Shown here piece by piece: positions 11,184 to 21,715 of a DNA stretch of 41,915 bases. The notes beneath the pieces are model-generated. The model was not told where the DNA came from. It made no database searches and saw only the letters and a program-made list of their open reading frames with translations. Positions within the stretch are counted from its first letter, which is position 1, and each line of letters starts with the position of its first letter. This DNA comes from Desulfobacterales bacterium (GTDB lineage Bacteria > Desulfobacterota > Desulfobacteria > Desulfobacterales > UBA2245): NCBI GenBank assembly GCA_040771865.1, contig JAXGZF010000004.1, positions 248,001 to 289,915 of the forward strand, written 5' to 3'. The translations under genes were made by a program, and so were the position numbers.

Positions 11184-12176
11184 ATGCTATCCCGGGATCC
11201 TCAAGAGTATGTGCAGGGCGTACTGCAGCGAGATAAGAGAACCATCGCCAAAACCATAACGCTTATCGAGAGTTCGCTTCATGAGCATCAGGAGCTGGCG
11301 AGAAAGATTATCGACCTTTTGCTTCCCAACACGGGGAAGGCAGTTCGCCTTGGCGTTACTGGGGTGCCCGGCGCCGGGAAAAGTACGTTCATAGAGGGCC
11401 TTGGCACATTGCTGGTGGGCAAAGGCCATTCCGTGGCTGTGCTGGCCATTGATCCGAGCAGCAAACGGAGTGGCGGAAGCATACTGGCGGACAAGACTCG
11501 CATGGAAAAACTCTCTGCCGCGGAGAAGGCCTATATCCGGCCTTCCCCGGCAGGGTCCACCCTGGGCGGCGTTGCCCGAAAAACCAGGGAAACCATGATG
11601 GTGTGCGAAGCGGCCGGCTATGACGTGATAATCGTTGAAACCGTGGGGGTCGGACAGTCGGAGACGGCTGCGGCCTCCATGGTTGATTTTTTTCTGGTGC
11701 TGATGCTTGCCGGAGCTGGCGACGAGCTCCAGGGAATCAAAAAAGGGGTGCTCGAGATGGCCGATGCCATTGTGGTGAACAAGGCGGACGGCATTAATCT
11801 CGAGAAGGCCAAGATGGCCAGACGCCAGTATGAGTCGGCCATCAAGCTGCTCAGCCCCGCTTCTCCCAATTGGAGTCCTGTGGTGCGGATTTGCAGCTCT
11901 CTGGAGGAAAGCAGTTTTGGAATCGAAGAAATCTGGCAGGAGGTTCTCAGACATCGGGAAATTTTAACAAAATCCGGGGAGCTTGAGGAAAAGCGAAGAA
12001 AGCAGGCCCTGGACTGGATGTGGTTTTTGATTGAAGAAGGGCTGCATGAACGATTTTACGGCAATGCTGAAATTCAGAAAATGCTGCCGAAAATTTCAAG
12101 GGAGGTCGAGCACGGGGAGACCGCGCCCACTTATGCGGCATACAAGCTGCTTTTTTCCCTTGACAAGCAAATATGA
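11184..12176 (+). CDS. meaB: Methylmalonyl-CoA mutase-associated GTPase
   Basis: GVPGAGKS P-loop, DPSS, DKTRM, ETVGVGQSE, NKAD; directly after mutase. Confidence 0.95.
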   Translation: MLSRDPQEYVQGVLQRDKRTIAKTITLIESSLHEHQELARKIIDLLLPNTGKAVRLGVTGVPGAGKSTFIEGLGTLLVGKGHSVAVLAIDPSSKRSGGSILADKTRMEKLSAAEKAYIRPSPAGSTLGGVARKTRETMMVCEAAGYDVIIVETVGVGQSETAAASMVDFFLVLMLAGAGDELQGIKKGVLEMADAIVVNKADGINLEKAKMARRQYESAIKLLSPASPNWSPVVRICSSLEESSFGIEEIWQEVLRHREILTKSGELEEKRRKQALDWMWFLIEEGLHERFYGNAEIQKMLPKISREVEHGETAPTYAAYKLLFSLDKQI

Positions 12177-12474
12177 GTTTAATATTTCTGAAATCTTAAT
12201 TTTTTAACCCTCCTTTAAAGAGAGGTTGTTTGTGCCGAGTAAAATCCTGCTTGAATTTGGCTGTTCCCTTACACCTTTGTCGAAAAGGCAGGGGACCTTT
12301 TTGGAACCAGGGGCGTCGCATGGCGATGCGAGTATTGTCCTGCCGTTTTTGCCGACCGGCCCGGATCCTATGCCATTTATTTCCGAAAAGAGGATGCTTT
12401 CGCCAAGACAAAGCCAAACATGGGGAATATCTGCCTTTAATATTAATGGTTAACCTGGAGATGAAAGGAACTGG

Positions 12475-14031
12475 ATGATGGGTATTGTGCAAGATAAAAT
12501 CAAGGATCTGAAGAAGCTTGAACAAAAGATCCTGCAGATGGGTGGCGAGAAAGCCGTCGCAAAACATAAGGCAAGCGGGAGACTGACCGCCCGTGAACGG
12601 CTGGACTATCTTTTCGACCCTGGCACATTCAGGGAACTGGACATGTTCGTCAAGCACCGCTGCGTCAATTTCGGCATGGACAAGGTCGAAATTCCGGCGG
12701 ACGGCGTTATCACCGGCTACGGGTTTGTCGAGGGCCGTCCGGTATTTGCCTTTGCCCAGGATTTTACGGCCACGGCCGGAAGTCTGGGTGAAATGCATGC
12801 CAAGAAGATATGCAAGGCCATGGACCTGGCCATGAAGGCGGGAGTTCCTTTTGTCGGAATGAACGACTCCGGCGGCGCGAGAATTCAGGAGGCCGTTGAC
12901 GCCCTGTCCGGTTACGGCCAGATTTTTTACAGAAACGCGCTGGCGTCCGGCGTGATTCCCCAGCTTTCAGCCATCATGGGTCCGACCGCAGGCGGCGCCG
13001 TTTATTCTCCGGCCATGACGGACTGGATTTTCATGGTCAAGAACACCAGCTTCATGTTCATCACCGGACCCCAGGTCATTCTGGCGGTTCTGGGCGAGGA
13101 AGTGACCCAGGAAGATCTCGGCGGTGCCATGGCGCACAACGAAAAGAGCGGCAACGCTCATTTTGCCTGTGAAAACGACCAGGATTGCATCGATCAGATG
13201 AAAAAGATGCTTTCCTATCTGCCGCCCAATAACATGGAAGATCCTCCAATTGTCGATATGGGCGATGATCCCAAGCGAATCGCTCCGGAGCTTAACGACA
13301 TCATTCCGGACAGCCCCAACCAGTCATACGACATGAAGCAGGTGATTGCTGCGATCGTGGACAACGGGGAATTCTTTGAGCCTCACCAATACTATGCTCC
13401 CAACATCCTCGTGGGCTTTGCCCGGCTCAACGGCAGAAGCATCGGCATTATCGCCAACCAGCCGAAGGTTCTGGCGGGATGCCTCGACATCGACGCATCG
13501 GACAAGGCCTCCCGGTTTATCCGCTTCTGCGATGCCTTCAATGTGCCGATGCTGACCATCGCCGACGTTCCCGGTTACCTGCCCGGAACCAACCAGGAGT
13601 GGGGCGGCATTATCCGTCACGGCGCCAAGCTGCTCTGGGTTTATTCAGAAGCCACGGTGCCCAAGCTGCTTCTGGTGACCCGCAAGGACTATGGCGGATC
13701 CTATCTGGCCATGTGCGCCAGGGATCTGGGCAACGACTTTGCGCTTGCCTGGCCGACGGCCGAGATCGCCGTTATGGGTTCAGCCGGTGCCGCCAATATT
13801 ATCTATCGAAAGGAAATTGCGGCTGCGGAAGACAAGAAGAAAAAACGCGAGGAGTGCATCGCGCAATACGATGGCCTGTTTGCCAATCCCTACCGCGCTG
13901 CTGAAAGAGGTTTTATTGATGCGGTCATCGAGCCCGCGCAGACAAGGCCCAGACTGATCGAGGCTCTGGAAATTCTGTGCAGCAAGCGTGAAATCAGACC
14001 TCCGAAGAAACACGGCAACGTTCCTCTGTAA
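12475..14031 (+). CDS. Acyl-CoA carboxyltransferase (PCC beta / transcarboxylase 12S-like)
   Basis: ARERL, AQDFT..GSLGE, DSGGARIQE, GGAVYSPA, DVPGYLPG, AEIAVMG, KKHGNVPL. Confidence 0.94.
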   Translation: MMGIVQDKIKDLKKLEQKILQMGGEKAVAKHKASGRLTARERLDYLFDPGTFRELDMFVKHRCVNFGMDKVEIPADGVITGYGFVEGRPVFAFAQDFTATAGSLGEMHAKKICKAMDLAMKAGVPFVGMNDSGGARIQEAVDALSGYGQIFYRNALASGVIPQLSAIMGPTAGGAVYSPAMTDWIFMVKNTSFMFITGPQVILAVLGEEVTQEDLGGAMAHNEKSGNAHFACENDQDCIDQMKKMLSYLPPNNMEDPPIVDMGDDPKRIAPELNDIIPDSPNQSYDMKQVIAAIVDNGEFFEPHQYYAPNILVGFARLNGRSIGIIANQPKVLAGCLDIDASDKASRFIRFCDAFNVPMLTIADVPGYLPGTNQEWGGIIRHGAKLLWVYSEATVPKLLLVTRKDYGGSYLAMCARDLGNDFALAWPTAEIAVMGSAGAANIIYRKEIAAAEDKKKKREECIAQYDGLFANPYRAAERGFIDAVIEPAQTRPRLIEALEILCSKREIRPPKKHGNVPL

Positions 14032-14135
14032 TCCGGATGGTTGCCGCATCAGCGGCAACGCGGTGAGGAGGAAACGCGTCGAGGCTCAGGCAGCCTGAGC
14101 GATGAAACAAATTATACAATTCATACGGAGGCCAA

Positions 14136-14345
14136 ATGGAAGATAAAAAGAAGCTAGCCGCCGCTATATCCGCGGTGTTCGGCTACATAAAAACCCAGGA
14201 AGAGCTCGCTGCCGCGCAGGCCGGAGCAGCCATGCCGAAGCCTCAGGAATCGGTCAAGCTCTGGGGCGTGAGCGCTCGCCAGGCAATGATGCAGATGCGC
14301 AACCTCATGCAGTTTAGAACCTATGTGGGATCTAAATTCAGATAG
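14136..14345 (+). CDS. Small soluble protein, acyl-CoA carboxylase epsilon/OadG-tail-like
   Basis: GGAGG SD; LAAAISAV...W(GVSA)R pattern; lies between two carboxyltransferase genes. Confidence 0.7.
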   Translation: MEDKKKLAAAISAVFGYIKTQEELAAAQAGAAMPKPQESVKLWGVSARQAMMQMRNLMQFRTYVGSKFR

Positions 14346-14420
14346 GCCATGTCGCGAGCGGAACAGGATAAAACAAATTGATAGATATTATAACACTTCT
14401 TTCTGAGAGGAGACCGTAAG

Positions 14421-16391
14421 ATGACAGTTGAATTCACCAAGATAAATTACGACGCAGACAGACCGAAGGCGAAAAACCCGATCAAGATTGAAGACCTGAC
14501 CTTCCGGGATGGTCATCAGTCCCTGTTCGGAACCCGCGGCCGTACCGAGGACATGATTCCGGTTGCGGAAATGATGGACGAGATCGGCTACTGGGCCATG
14601 GAAACGTGGGGCGGCGCCACCTTCGACACCACCCACCGGTATCTGAACGAGGATCCGTGGCAGAGAATCCGCACACTGAAGAAATACGTCAAGAAGACCC
14701 CTTTCTCCATGCTGCTGCGGGGCCAGAACCTGGTCGGCTACAGAAACTATGCCGATGACGTTGCCAAGGCCTTTGTGGAAAGAGCCTGTGAAAACGGCAT
14801 GGACATCTTCAGAACCTTTGACGCCCTCAACGATTACCGGAATTTTGAAGCCGTTGTCCCGGTCATCAAACAATACAAGAAACATTTCCAGGGCGTTATC
14901 TGCTACTCGCTGACCGAGCCGAGAATGGGCGGAGAGGTTTACAACCTCGACTATTACGTCAAAAAGGCCAAAGAGCTGGAAGCCCTCGGCGCAGACACCA
15001 TCTGCATCAAGGATATGGCCGGTCTGATTGCGCCTTACGATGCCTATATCTTGGTCAAGAAACTCAAGGAAACGGTCAAGGCCCCGATCCATCTGCACAG
15101 CCACACCACCTCGGGCATGTCCGAGATGGCCCAGCTCAAGGCCATCGAAGCCGGTGCGGACATCGTCGACACCTGTATGGCCCCGTATGCCGGAAGAACC
15201 TCCCACCCGGCCATCGAACCGCTGGTCATGACCCTGCTGGGCACGAACCGCGACACTGGTTTTGACATCCGCAAACTGGTTGCGATCGACGAAATCCTTG
15301 AAAGAGACATCGTACCCAAGTACATGCACCTGCTCGACGACACCAAACTGGCCACCATCGATATCGGCGTTCTGCTGCACCAGACCCCGGGCGGAATGGT
15401 ATCCAACCTGGTCAACCAGCTGCGCGCCATGGACGCTCTGGACAGAATCGACGACGTGTACCATGAACTGCCCAGAGTCCGCAGAGAACTGGGTTCCGTG
15501 CCCCTGGTCACGCCGACCAGCCAGATCGTCGGCATTCAGGCGGTTAACAACGTTCTGTTCGACACCAAGGATGAACGCTACACGAGAATCACCGACCAGG
15601 TGAAAGACCTGATCTTCGGCCTCTACGGAAAGACCGCCACCCCGATTGATCCCGAGGTCCAGAAAAAGGCTCTGAAGGGTTATCCCCGAGGAGAAAAGCC
15701 CTTTACCGGACGGCCGGCGGAAATCATTGATCCCGAACTGGAAAAGGCCAAAGCCGAAATCGGCGATCTGGCCAAGGACATTGATGATGTGATTCTCTAT
15801 GCCATCTATCCGGTTACCGGAAGAAAGTTCCTCAAGTGGAAGTACGGCAAGGAGGAACCGCCTGCGGAAGTCAAGGCCAAGACGCTGGAAGAATCTCTGA
15901 AGCACAAGGCGCTTCGCGCCAAAGTCTGGTCCAACAAGGTTATGGAAATACCCGACAAGAAGATTCCGGAAAAAGGCGAAGCCCTCAGAACCTTCAACGT
16001 GTTTGTTGAGAACGATTTCTTTGAAGTCGGCGTTGAAGAGATCGGCGGCGCTCCCGTGATCGCTTATGCCGCTGCCAGACCGGCTGCTGCCGCTGCTCCC
16101 GCTGCGGCGCCGAAGGCTGCTGCTCCCAAAGCCGCGGCACCGGCTGCTGCCGCCGCTCCGGCACCCGCTGCCGTCGACGGAACGCCGGTTATTGCTCCCA
16201 TGCCCGGCATGATCGTACGGTACGATAAAAAGGTCGGCGATGCGGTCAAGACCGGAGAAACAGTCCTGATTCTCGAAGCCATGAAGATGGAAAACGCCAT
16301 GACCGCCCCGTGCGACGGCACCATCAAGGCCGTCAACTACGGCCCGGGCGATTCCGTTCCCAAGAACGCGGTTCTGGCGGTAATCGGATAA
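14421..16391 (+). CDS. Pyruvate/oxaloacetate carboxyltransferase fused to biotinyl domain (PycB / transcarboxylase 5S-1.3S type)
   Basis: RDGHQS, WGGATFD, IKDMAG, HSH, TPGGMVSN, VTPTSQIVG, Ala/Pro linker, EAMKM biotinylation motif. Confidence 0.93.
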   Translation: MTVEFTKINYDADRPKAKNPIKIEDLTFRDGHQSLFGTRGRTEDMIPVAEMMDEIGYWAMETWGGATFDTTHRYLNEDPWQRIRTLKKYVKKTPFSMLLRGQNLVGYRNYADDVAKAFVERACENGMDIFRTFDALNDYRNFEAVVPVIKQYKKHFQGVICYSLTEPRMGGEVYNLDYYVKKAKELEALGADTICIKDMAGLIAPYDAYILVKKLKETVKAPIHLHSHTTSGMSEMAQLKAIEAGADIVDTCMAPYAGRTSHPAIEPLVMTLLGTNRDTGFDIRKLVAIDEILERDIVPKYMHLLDDTKLATIDIGVLLHQTPGGMVSNLVNQLRAMDALDRIDDVYHELPRVRRELGSVPLVTPTSQIVGIQAVNNVLFDTKDERYTRITDQVKDLIFGLYGKTATPIDPEVQKKALKGYPRGEKPFTGRPAEIIDPELEKAKAEIGDLAKDIDDVILYAIYPVTGRKFLKWKYGKEEPPAEVKAKTLEESLKHKALRAKVWSNKVMEIPDKKIPEKGEALRTFNVFVENDFFEVGVEEIGGAPVIAYAAARPAAAAAPAAAPKAAAPKAAAPAAAAAPAPAAVDGTPVIAPMPGMIVRYDKKVGDAVKTGETVLILEAMKMENAMTAPCDGTIKAVNYGPGDSVPKNAVLAVIG

Positions 16392-16417
16392 TTCGAAGCC
16401 ATAAACGCCGATAAATC

Positions 16418-16454
16418 TTTGTGCGGCTTTGGAACGTTTCCAAAGCCGCACAAA
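16418..16454. repeat. Perfect 17-bp inverted repeat (hairpin) downstream of 5S-1.3S gene
   Basis: TTTGTGCGGCTTTGGAA-CGT-TTCCAAAGCCGCACAAA. Confidence 0.85.
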
Positions 16455-16679
16455 CCCGGCGATCGATAACGTCCGCGTGCCCGTGTTTGCCGCAATCCAA
16501 ATGCGTCTGAACGTTTCGCAGAGAGATCCGGCCATTAGTTGGTTGCACCGGGTAAGGGTATTTTGCTGCGAAAAAGAATTAACCGGCGATATAAACAGCA
16601 TTCGGGCGTTCATCCAAACCATAAATCAAGTTTTGGATAAAAGCGTAGCTCAGTTAACTAAAACAAGGAGACAGAGATC

Positions 16680-17840
16680 ATGAAGATCCATGAGCATCAG
16701 GGAAAAGAGTTGTTTAGAAAATACGGCGTACCCGTGCCCAATGGCAAACCTGCATTCACCGTTGAAGAAGCGCTGAAGGTTGCAGATTCGCTGTCCGGAT
16801 ACCCGCTGCTGGTCAAGGCACAGATTCATGCGGGCGGCCGCGGCAAGGGCGGCGGCGTCAAACTGGCCAAAAACCGGGAAGAGTGCGAGAAATACATCAA
16901 GCAGATTCTGGGCATGAACCTGGTCACCAAGCAGACCGGCCCGGAAGGCAAACTGGTCAAACGCCTCCTGATCGAGGAAGGCTGCAAAATTCGGAAAGAA
17001 CTCTATCTGGGCATTTTGCCGGACCGGTCCAATGCCAAGATCTGCATCATGGCCAGCGAAGCCGGTGGTATGAGCATCGAGGAAGTCGCGGCCGCAACTC
17101 CCGAAAAAATTATCAAGGTTTTTGTGGATCCGCTGATCGGCATTCAGGGATATCATTGCCGCCAGGCCGCTTTCGGGCTCAACATTCCAGCGGCGTGCCA
17201 GAAGCAGTTCATGCAGATGCTGACCGGCCTTTACAAGCTGCTGGTGGAATACGACTGCTCCCTGGTGGAAATCAACCCGCTGGTGCTGACGGAAGACGAC
17301 AAGGTTCTGGCAATCGATTCAAAGGTCACTTTTGATGACAATGCGCTGTTCCGGCACAAAGACGTCAAGGAAATGAGAGATATCAGCGAGGAAGATCCCC
17401 TTGAAGTCGAGGCGTCCAAGTTTGATCTGAACTACATCAAACTCGACGGCAACGTCGGCAACATGGTGAACGGCGCCGGTCTGGCAATGGCCACAATGGA
17501 CGTTATCAAACTGGCAGGGGCCGATCCCGCCAACTTCCTGGACGTCGGCGGCGGAGCGAGCGCGGAACAGATCAAGAACGCTTTCCAGATTATGCTCAGC
17601 GACAAGAACGTCAAGGCTGTTCTGATCAATATATTCGGGGGAATTCTGCGTTGCGACAGACTGGCGGAGGGCGTGGTTCAGGCTGCCAAACTAGTCGGAA
17701 TCAAGGTGCCGGTCGTCATCCGTATGGAAGGAACCAATGTGGAAATCGGCCGCAAGATTCTGGCCGAGTCCGGTCTCCAGCTGATCAACGCCGTCAGCAT
17801 GCAGGATGCGGCGGAAAAGGTCGCAAAGGCGGTTGCCTAA
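16680..17840 (+). CDS. sucC: Succinate--CoA ligase (ADP-forming) beta subunit
   Basis: [57 protein letters not shown]. Confidence 0.97.
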   Translation: MKIHEHQGKELFRKYGVPVPNGKPAFTVEEALKVADSLSGYPLLVKAQIHAGGRGKGGGVKLAKNREECEKYIKQILGMNLVTKQTGPEGKLVKRLLIEEGCKIRKELYLGILPDRSNAKICIMASEAGGMSIEEVAAATPEKIIKVFVDPLIGIQGYHCRQAAFGLNIPAACQKQFMQMLTGLYKLLVEYDCSLVEINPLVLTEDDKVLAIDSKVTFDDNALFRHKDVKEMRDISEEDPLEVEASKFDLNYIKLDGNVGNMVNGAGLAMATMDVIKLAGADPANFLDVGGGASAEQIKNAFQIMLSDKNVKAVLINIFGGILRCDRLAEGVVQAAKLVGIKVPVVIRMEGTNVEIGRKILAESGLQLINAVSMQDAAEKVAKAVA

Positions 17841-17951
17841 TTCGGAACGCAGGATGATCCGGGAATTTGAAATGTCTGGTACGAACTTGCTGCAAGAAGG
17901 ACATTTCGAGGATTTTTCAGACGGAAACCAACAAGAAAAGCGAGGATAAAA

Positions 17952-18824
17952 GTGAGCATATTCGTCAATAAAAATACGAAGCTTGTGGTTCAGGGCATAA
18001 CCGGCGGCGAGGGCATGTTTCATACGCGTGCTTCCATTGCATACGGCACCAAAGTTGTCGCCGGCGTAACACCGGGCAAGGGCGGCCAGAAAATGGACGA
18101 TGTTCCGGTTTTCAATACGGTTGCGGAAGCAAGAGCCAAAGCCGGCGCCAATGCCAGCGTGATCTTTGTTCCGCCCCCCTTTGCAGCGGACGCCATCATG
18201 GAAGCAGCTGACGCTGGAATTGAAGTAATTGTCGCCATCACCGAGGGCATTCCGGTCATGGATATGTACAGGGTCAAAAACTATCTCAAGGACAAAAAAT
18301 GCCGGTTGATCGGCCCCAACTGTCCTGGCATCATCACTCCGGGTGAATGTAAGATCGGCATTATGCCGGGCCCCATGCACAAACCCGGCGGCCCCATCGG
18401 CGTTATTTCCCGCTCCGGGACGTTGACCTACGAGGTAGTTCATCAGCTGACTCAGGTCGGACTGGGCCAGACTACAGTTATCGGTCTGGGCGGCGACCCG
18501 GTTAACGGAACCAACTTCATTGACTGCCTGGATGCTTTCTCGAAAGATCCGGAAACCAAGGGTATTGTCATGGTGGGCGAGATCGGCGGCGATGCGGAAG
18601 AGCAGGCAGCTGCATTCATCAAGAAAAACATCAACATGCCGGTTATCGGATTCATCTGCGGCGTAACCGCACCTCCGGGCCGACGCATGGGCCATGCCGG
18701 CGCCATCATCAGCGGCGGCAGCGGAACCGCTCAGGGCAAAATTGCAGCCATGAAAGCCGCTGGCATGCATGTATGCGAAAATCTGGGCACCCTGTACAAG
18801 CTGTGCGAAAAAGTGTTTAAGTAA
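17952..18824 (+). CDS. sucD: Succinate--CoA ligase alpha subunit
   Basis: [35 protein letters not shown] phosphohistidine. Confidence 0.97.
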   Translation: MSIFVNKNTKLVVQGITGGEGMFHTRASIAYGTKVVAGVTPGKGGQKMDDVPVFNTVAEARAKAGANASVIFVPPPFAADAIMEAADAGIEVIVAITEGIPVMDMYRVKNYLKDKKCRLIGPNCPGIITPGECKIGIMPGPMHKPGGPIGVISRSGTLTYEVVHQLTQVGLGQTTVIGLGGDPVNGTNFIDCLDAFSKDPETKGIVMVGEIGGDAEEQAAAFIKKNINMPVIGFICGVTAPPGRRMGHAGAIISGGSGTAQGKIAAMKAAGMHVCENLGTLYKLCEKVFK

Positions 18825-18841
18825 TTAAATCTTGAATGAAT

Positions 18842-18884
18842 AATCAAAAGCCCGGTCTCCGGATGGAGCCGGGCTTTTGATTTT
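18842..18884 (+). terminator. Rho-independent (possibly bidirectional) terminator after sucD
   Basis: AATCAAAAGCCCGG..CTCC-GGAT-GGAG-CCGGGCTTTTGATTTT. Confidence 0.85.
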
Positions 18885-18939
18885 CTGAAGAAATTGACTG
18901 CGGCGTTGGAAAATTGAATTCTTCTCGGGGTGAACTCTC

Positions 18940-18968
18940 TTGACTTGAAATATAAAAATTTTTATGGT
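18940..18968 (+). promoter_or_regulatory. Putative sigma70 promoter of argS operon
   Basis: TTGACT-17 nt-TATGGT. Confidence 0.55.
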
Positions 18969-19027
18969 TTGAATCTCAAGAAATCTGAACCTCCATCAAT
19001 CCTATATAAAATGTGAATCACCATTCT

Positions 19028-20695
19028 ATGAGGCAAAAAATTCTTGATATTGTGCTTGAGGCGGCGCACTGCGCTCTGGCAGCCGGAGCGCTTCAAACGT
19101 CGGATTTTCCCCCTTTTGAAATTGAAGAACCCAAACTGGCTCAATTCGGCGACTTTTCAACCAATTTTGCCATGGTGGCGGCGTCCGGTCAGAGAATGGC
19201 GCCAAAAAAGATCGCCGAGGCAATCGTCCAACACATGGATGATCTGGACGGCATACTGGAGAGAACGGAAATTGCCGGACCCGGATTTATCAATTTCTTT
19301 ATTCGACCGGATTCATGGTTTCCGGTTTTACAAACCATTCACGATCAGGGCAATGCCTATGGCGCCCGCAATCTTGGAAACGGGCGTAAAGTGCAGGTCG
19401 AATTTGTAAGCGCGAATCCCACCGGCCCGCTGCACGTCGGCCACGGGCGTGGCGCGGCCGTCGGCGATACGGTGGCCAACCTGCTTTCCTTTTGCGGCTA
19501 CGATGTTCAAAAAGAGTATTATATCAATGACTCGGGACGCCAGATTCGAACTCTGGGTCTGTCGGTCTATCTCAGGTACAGGGAACTTTTCGGCCAGACG
19601 GTTCAATTTCCGGCGGACTGTTATCAGGGCGACTACATTCGGGATATTGCCGCCGATATTCGAAACCGTAACCAGGACGCCCTGTTAAAGATGAAGGAGG
19701 AAGACGCGGCCAGCTGGGCGGCCCGGCATGCGGCTGCCGATATTCTTGAAGGAATACGGGATGATTTGAAGTCTTTCGGGGTTGAGTTCGACAACTGGTT
19801 CAGCGAGCAGAGCCTGTATGACCGCGGCAAGGTCGAGGCGGCCATGGGTGAATTGCTCTCCAGAAAAATCCTGTACGAACACGACGGTGCTCTGTGGTTC
19901 AAAACCAGCGAATACGGGGATGAAAAGGACAGAGTGGTGGTGAGAACCAACGGCATTACCACCTATTTTGCCTCTGATATCGCCTATCATCTCGACAAGT
20001 TTGACCGGGGCTTTGAACGGATCATCGATGTCTGGGGCGCCGATCACCACGGTTATATACCCAGAATGAAAGCCGCCGTTACTGCCGCGGGCCGTCGAAA
20101 AGAGCAGTTCGACGTGATTCTGGTTCATCTGGTGAATCTGCTTCGAGCCGGCGAGCCGGTGGCCATGTCGACCCGGTCCGGAGAATTTGTCACGCTTCGA
20201 GAGGTCGTGAACGAAGTGGGAAAGGATGCCGCGCGATTTATCTTTCTGACCCGCCATTACGAAAGTCCTCTGGATTTCGACCTTGAGGTGGCCAAACAGA
20301 AAACCAATGATAATCCGGTATTTTACGTGCAGTATGTGCACGCCAGAATTTCGAGCATTCAACGCAATGCCGCCGAAAGATCCGATCTACCCCAGGCTGC
20401 GTGGGATCAACAGGACCTTCGGCTGCTTCGGGAATTCGAGGAAATTCAGCTGATCAAGGCCCTGGCCCGGTATCCGGATGTGGTGAAATCCGCTGCCAGT
20501 CTTCTGGAACCGCATCGCATCACGTTTTATCTGATGGATCTTGCTGCGCTGTTTCATGCGTACTATAACAAACATCGGGTATTGACCGAGGACTCGATGC
20601 TGTCTCAAAGCCGTCTGTATCTGATAACCGCTGTTCAGAAAGTGATGCGAAACGGTCTTTTTCTTCTGGGCGTATCAGCGCCGGAAAAGATGTAG
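19028..20695 (+). CDS. argS: Arginine--tRNA ligase
   Basis: [58 protein letters not shown]; start could be GTG 19013. Confidence 0.97.
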   Translation: MRQKILDIVLEAAHCALAAGALQTSDFPPFEIEEPKLAQFGDFSTNFAMVAASGQRMAPKKIAEAIVQHMDDLDGILERTEIAGPGFINFFIRPDSWFPVLQTIHDQGNAYGARNLGNGRKVQVEFVSANPTGPLHVGHGRGAAVGDTVANLLSFCGYDVQKEYYINDSGRQIRTLGLSVYLRYRELFGQTVQFPADCYQGDYIRDIAADIRNRNQDALLKMKEEDAASWAARHAAADILEGIRDDLKSFGVEFDNWFSEQSLYDRGKVEAAMGELLSRKILYEHDGALWFKTSEYGDEKDRVVVRTNGITTYFASDIAYHLDKFDRGFERIIDVWGADHHGYIPRMKAAVTAAGRRKEQFDVILVHLVNLLRAGEPVAMSTRSGEFVTLREVVNEVGKDAARFIFLTRHYESPLDFDLEVAKQKTNDNPVFYVQYVHARISSIQRNAAERSDLPQAAWDQQDLRLLREFEEIQLIKALARYPDVVKSAASLLEPHRITFYLMDLAALFHAYYNKHRVLTEDSMLSQSRLYLITAVQKVMRNGLFLLGVSAPEKM

Positions 20696-20699
20696 AGGC

Positions 20700-21401
20700 A
20701 TGCCGCCGATGCCTGAAAAAAACCAGCCGCCATCAACACATAAGCGGTATTCACTTCAGCTCACCAGAAGGGGAGTTGCCGGTCTGTTTCTGGCGGTTTT
20801 TGGAATTTCGGGGTGGATGTTCTGGCTCGGTCTGCAGGTGGGAATGGAAAATGCGCCGGTTCGCTTTGACATTGCAAAACTGGAAAAGGAACTGGCATCC
20901 CTCAGAGAGGCTGTCGACAGGGGAAAACAAAAACTGTTTAATGCTGCACCGGAAGCGTCCATTCAGCGCCCGGAATTGAAATTCTACGAAATACTCAAGG
21001 ATCCCAAACCCGATGCGGTTCAGATTCAGGTAGAGGCTAATAACCTGAAACCTGAGCCGCCTGAGATTTCAAAAGCACTGGAACCGCCTCCGGCTGCGGT
21101 TGAAAAACCCGCACTGGCAACTGTGCCACCGTTTCCTGCCCAGCAGGCGCCTTCGATTGCCTCAGCGGGAATGACCTATACCGTGCAAGTGGCATCTTTA
21201 AGGACTTTCGAAGATGCCGACCAGATGGTTAAACGGCTTCAGAAAAAAGGGTATCCGTCCTTTCAGACGGCAATTGATATTGCGGGAAAAGGCCGGTGGT
21301 ACCGGGTGCGGGTCGGATACTACAAAGACAAGACAGAAGCGCAAAAAACCATGGAGCGTTTGAAAAACGATAAATTTCAGACCATGCTGGTCAGGCTCTA
21401 G
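20700..21401 (+). CDS. SPOR-domain cell-division protein (FtsN-like)
   Basis: N-terminal TM helix, FYEIL motif, Pro-rich linker, C-terminal YTVQVAS...WYRVRVG SPOR domain; conserved position after argS. Confidence 0.88.
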   Translation: MPPMPEKNQPPSTHKRYSLQLTRRGVAGLFLAVFGISGWMFWLGLQVGMENAPVRFDIAKLEKELASLREAVDRGKQKLFNAAPEASIQRPELKFYEILKDPKPDAVQIQVEANNLKPEPPEISKALEPPPAAVEKPALATVPPFPAQQAPSIASAGMTYTVQVASLRTFEDADQMVKRLQKKGYPSFQTAIDIAGKGRWYRVRVGYYKDKTEAQKTMERLKNDKFQTMLVRL

Positions 21402-21409
21402 GAGTTTTC

Positions 21410-21697
21410 ATGAAAATCAGCAAAGAAGAGGTTCTGCATGTGGCCAATCTGGCCCATCTCGAATTTGACGAGGTCGAGATCGACCGTTTTTCTGAACAGC
21501 TCGGAAAGATTCTGGAATACGTGGACACCTTGAATCAGGTGGACACAAAGGGCGTTAAGCCGACATCCCATGCAATTTTTCTTACCAATGCCTTTCGAGA
21601 TGATGTCCCGAAAGCGCATCTGGACCGGCAGGCCGGGCTGGCCAATGCGCCGGAGCAGGAGGATGGATGTTTTCTGACGCCGAAGGTGATCGGATAA
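21410..21697 (+). CDS. gatC: Asp/Glu-tRNA amidotransferase subunit C
   Basis: MKISKEEVLHVANLAHL, IL.YVDTL, FRDD, NAP, F..PKVI. Confidence 0.95.
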   Translation: MKISKEEVLHVANLAHLEFDEVEIDRFSEQLGKILEYVDTLNQVDTKGVKPTSHAIFLTNAFRDDVPKAHLDRQAGLANAPEQEDGCFLTPKVIG

Positions 21698-21715
21698 ATG
21701 AACAAAGGAATCTCG

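Noticed and set aside
16067..16175. GCT/GCC/CCG-rich repetitive tract
   Set aside because: Encodes the ordinary Ala/Pro/Lys flexible linker before the biotinyl domain; not a CRISPR or DNA repeat element
14388..16622. 744-aa antisense ORF opposite the carboxyltransferase-biotin gene
   Set aside because: Shadow frame: the sense gene rarely uses TTA/CTA/TCA, so the antisense frame lacks stops; no recognisable motifs
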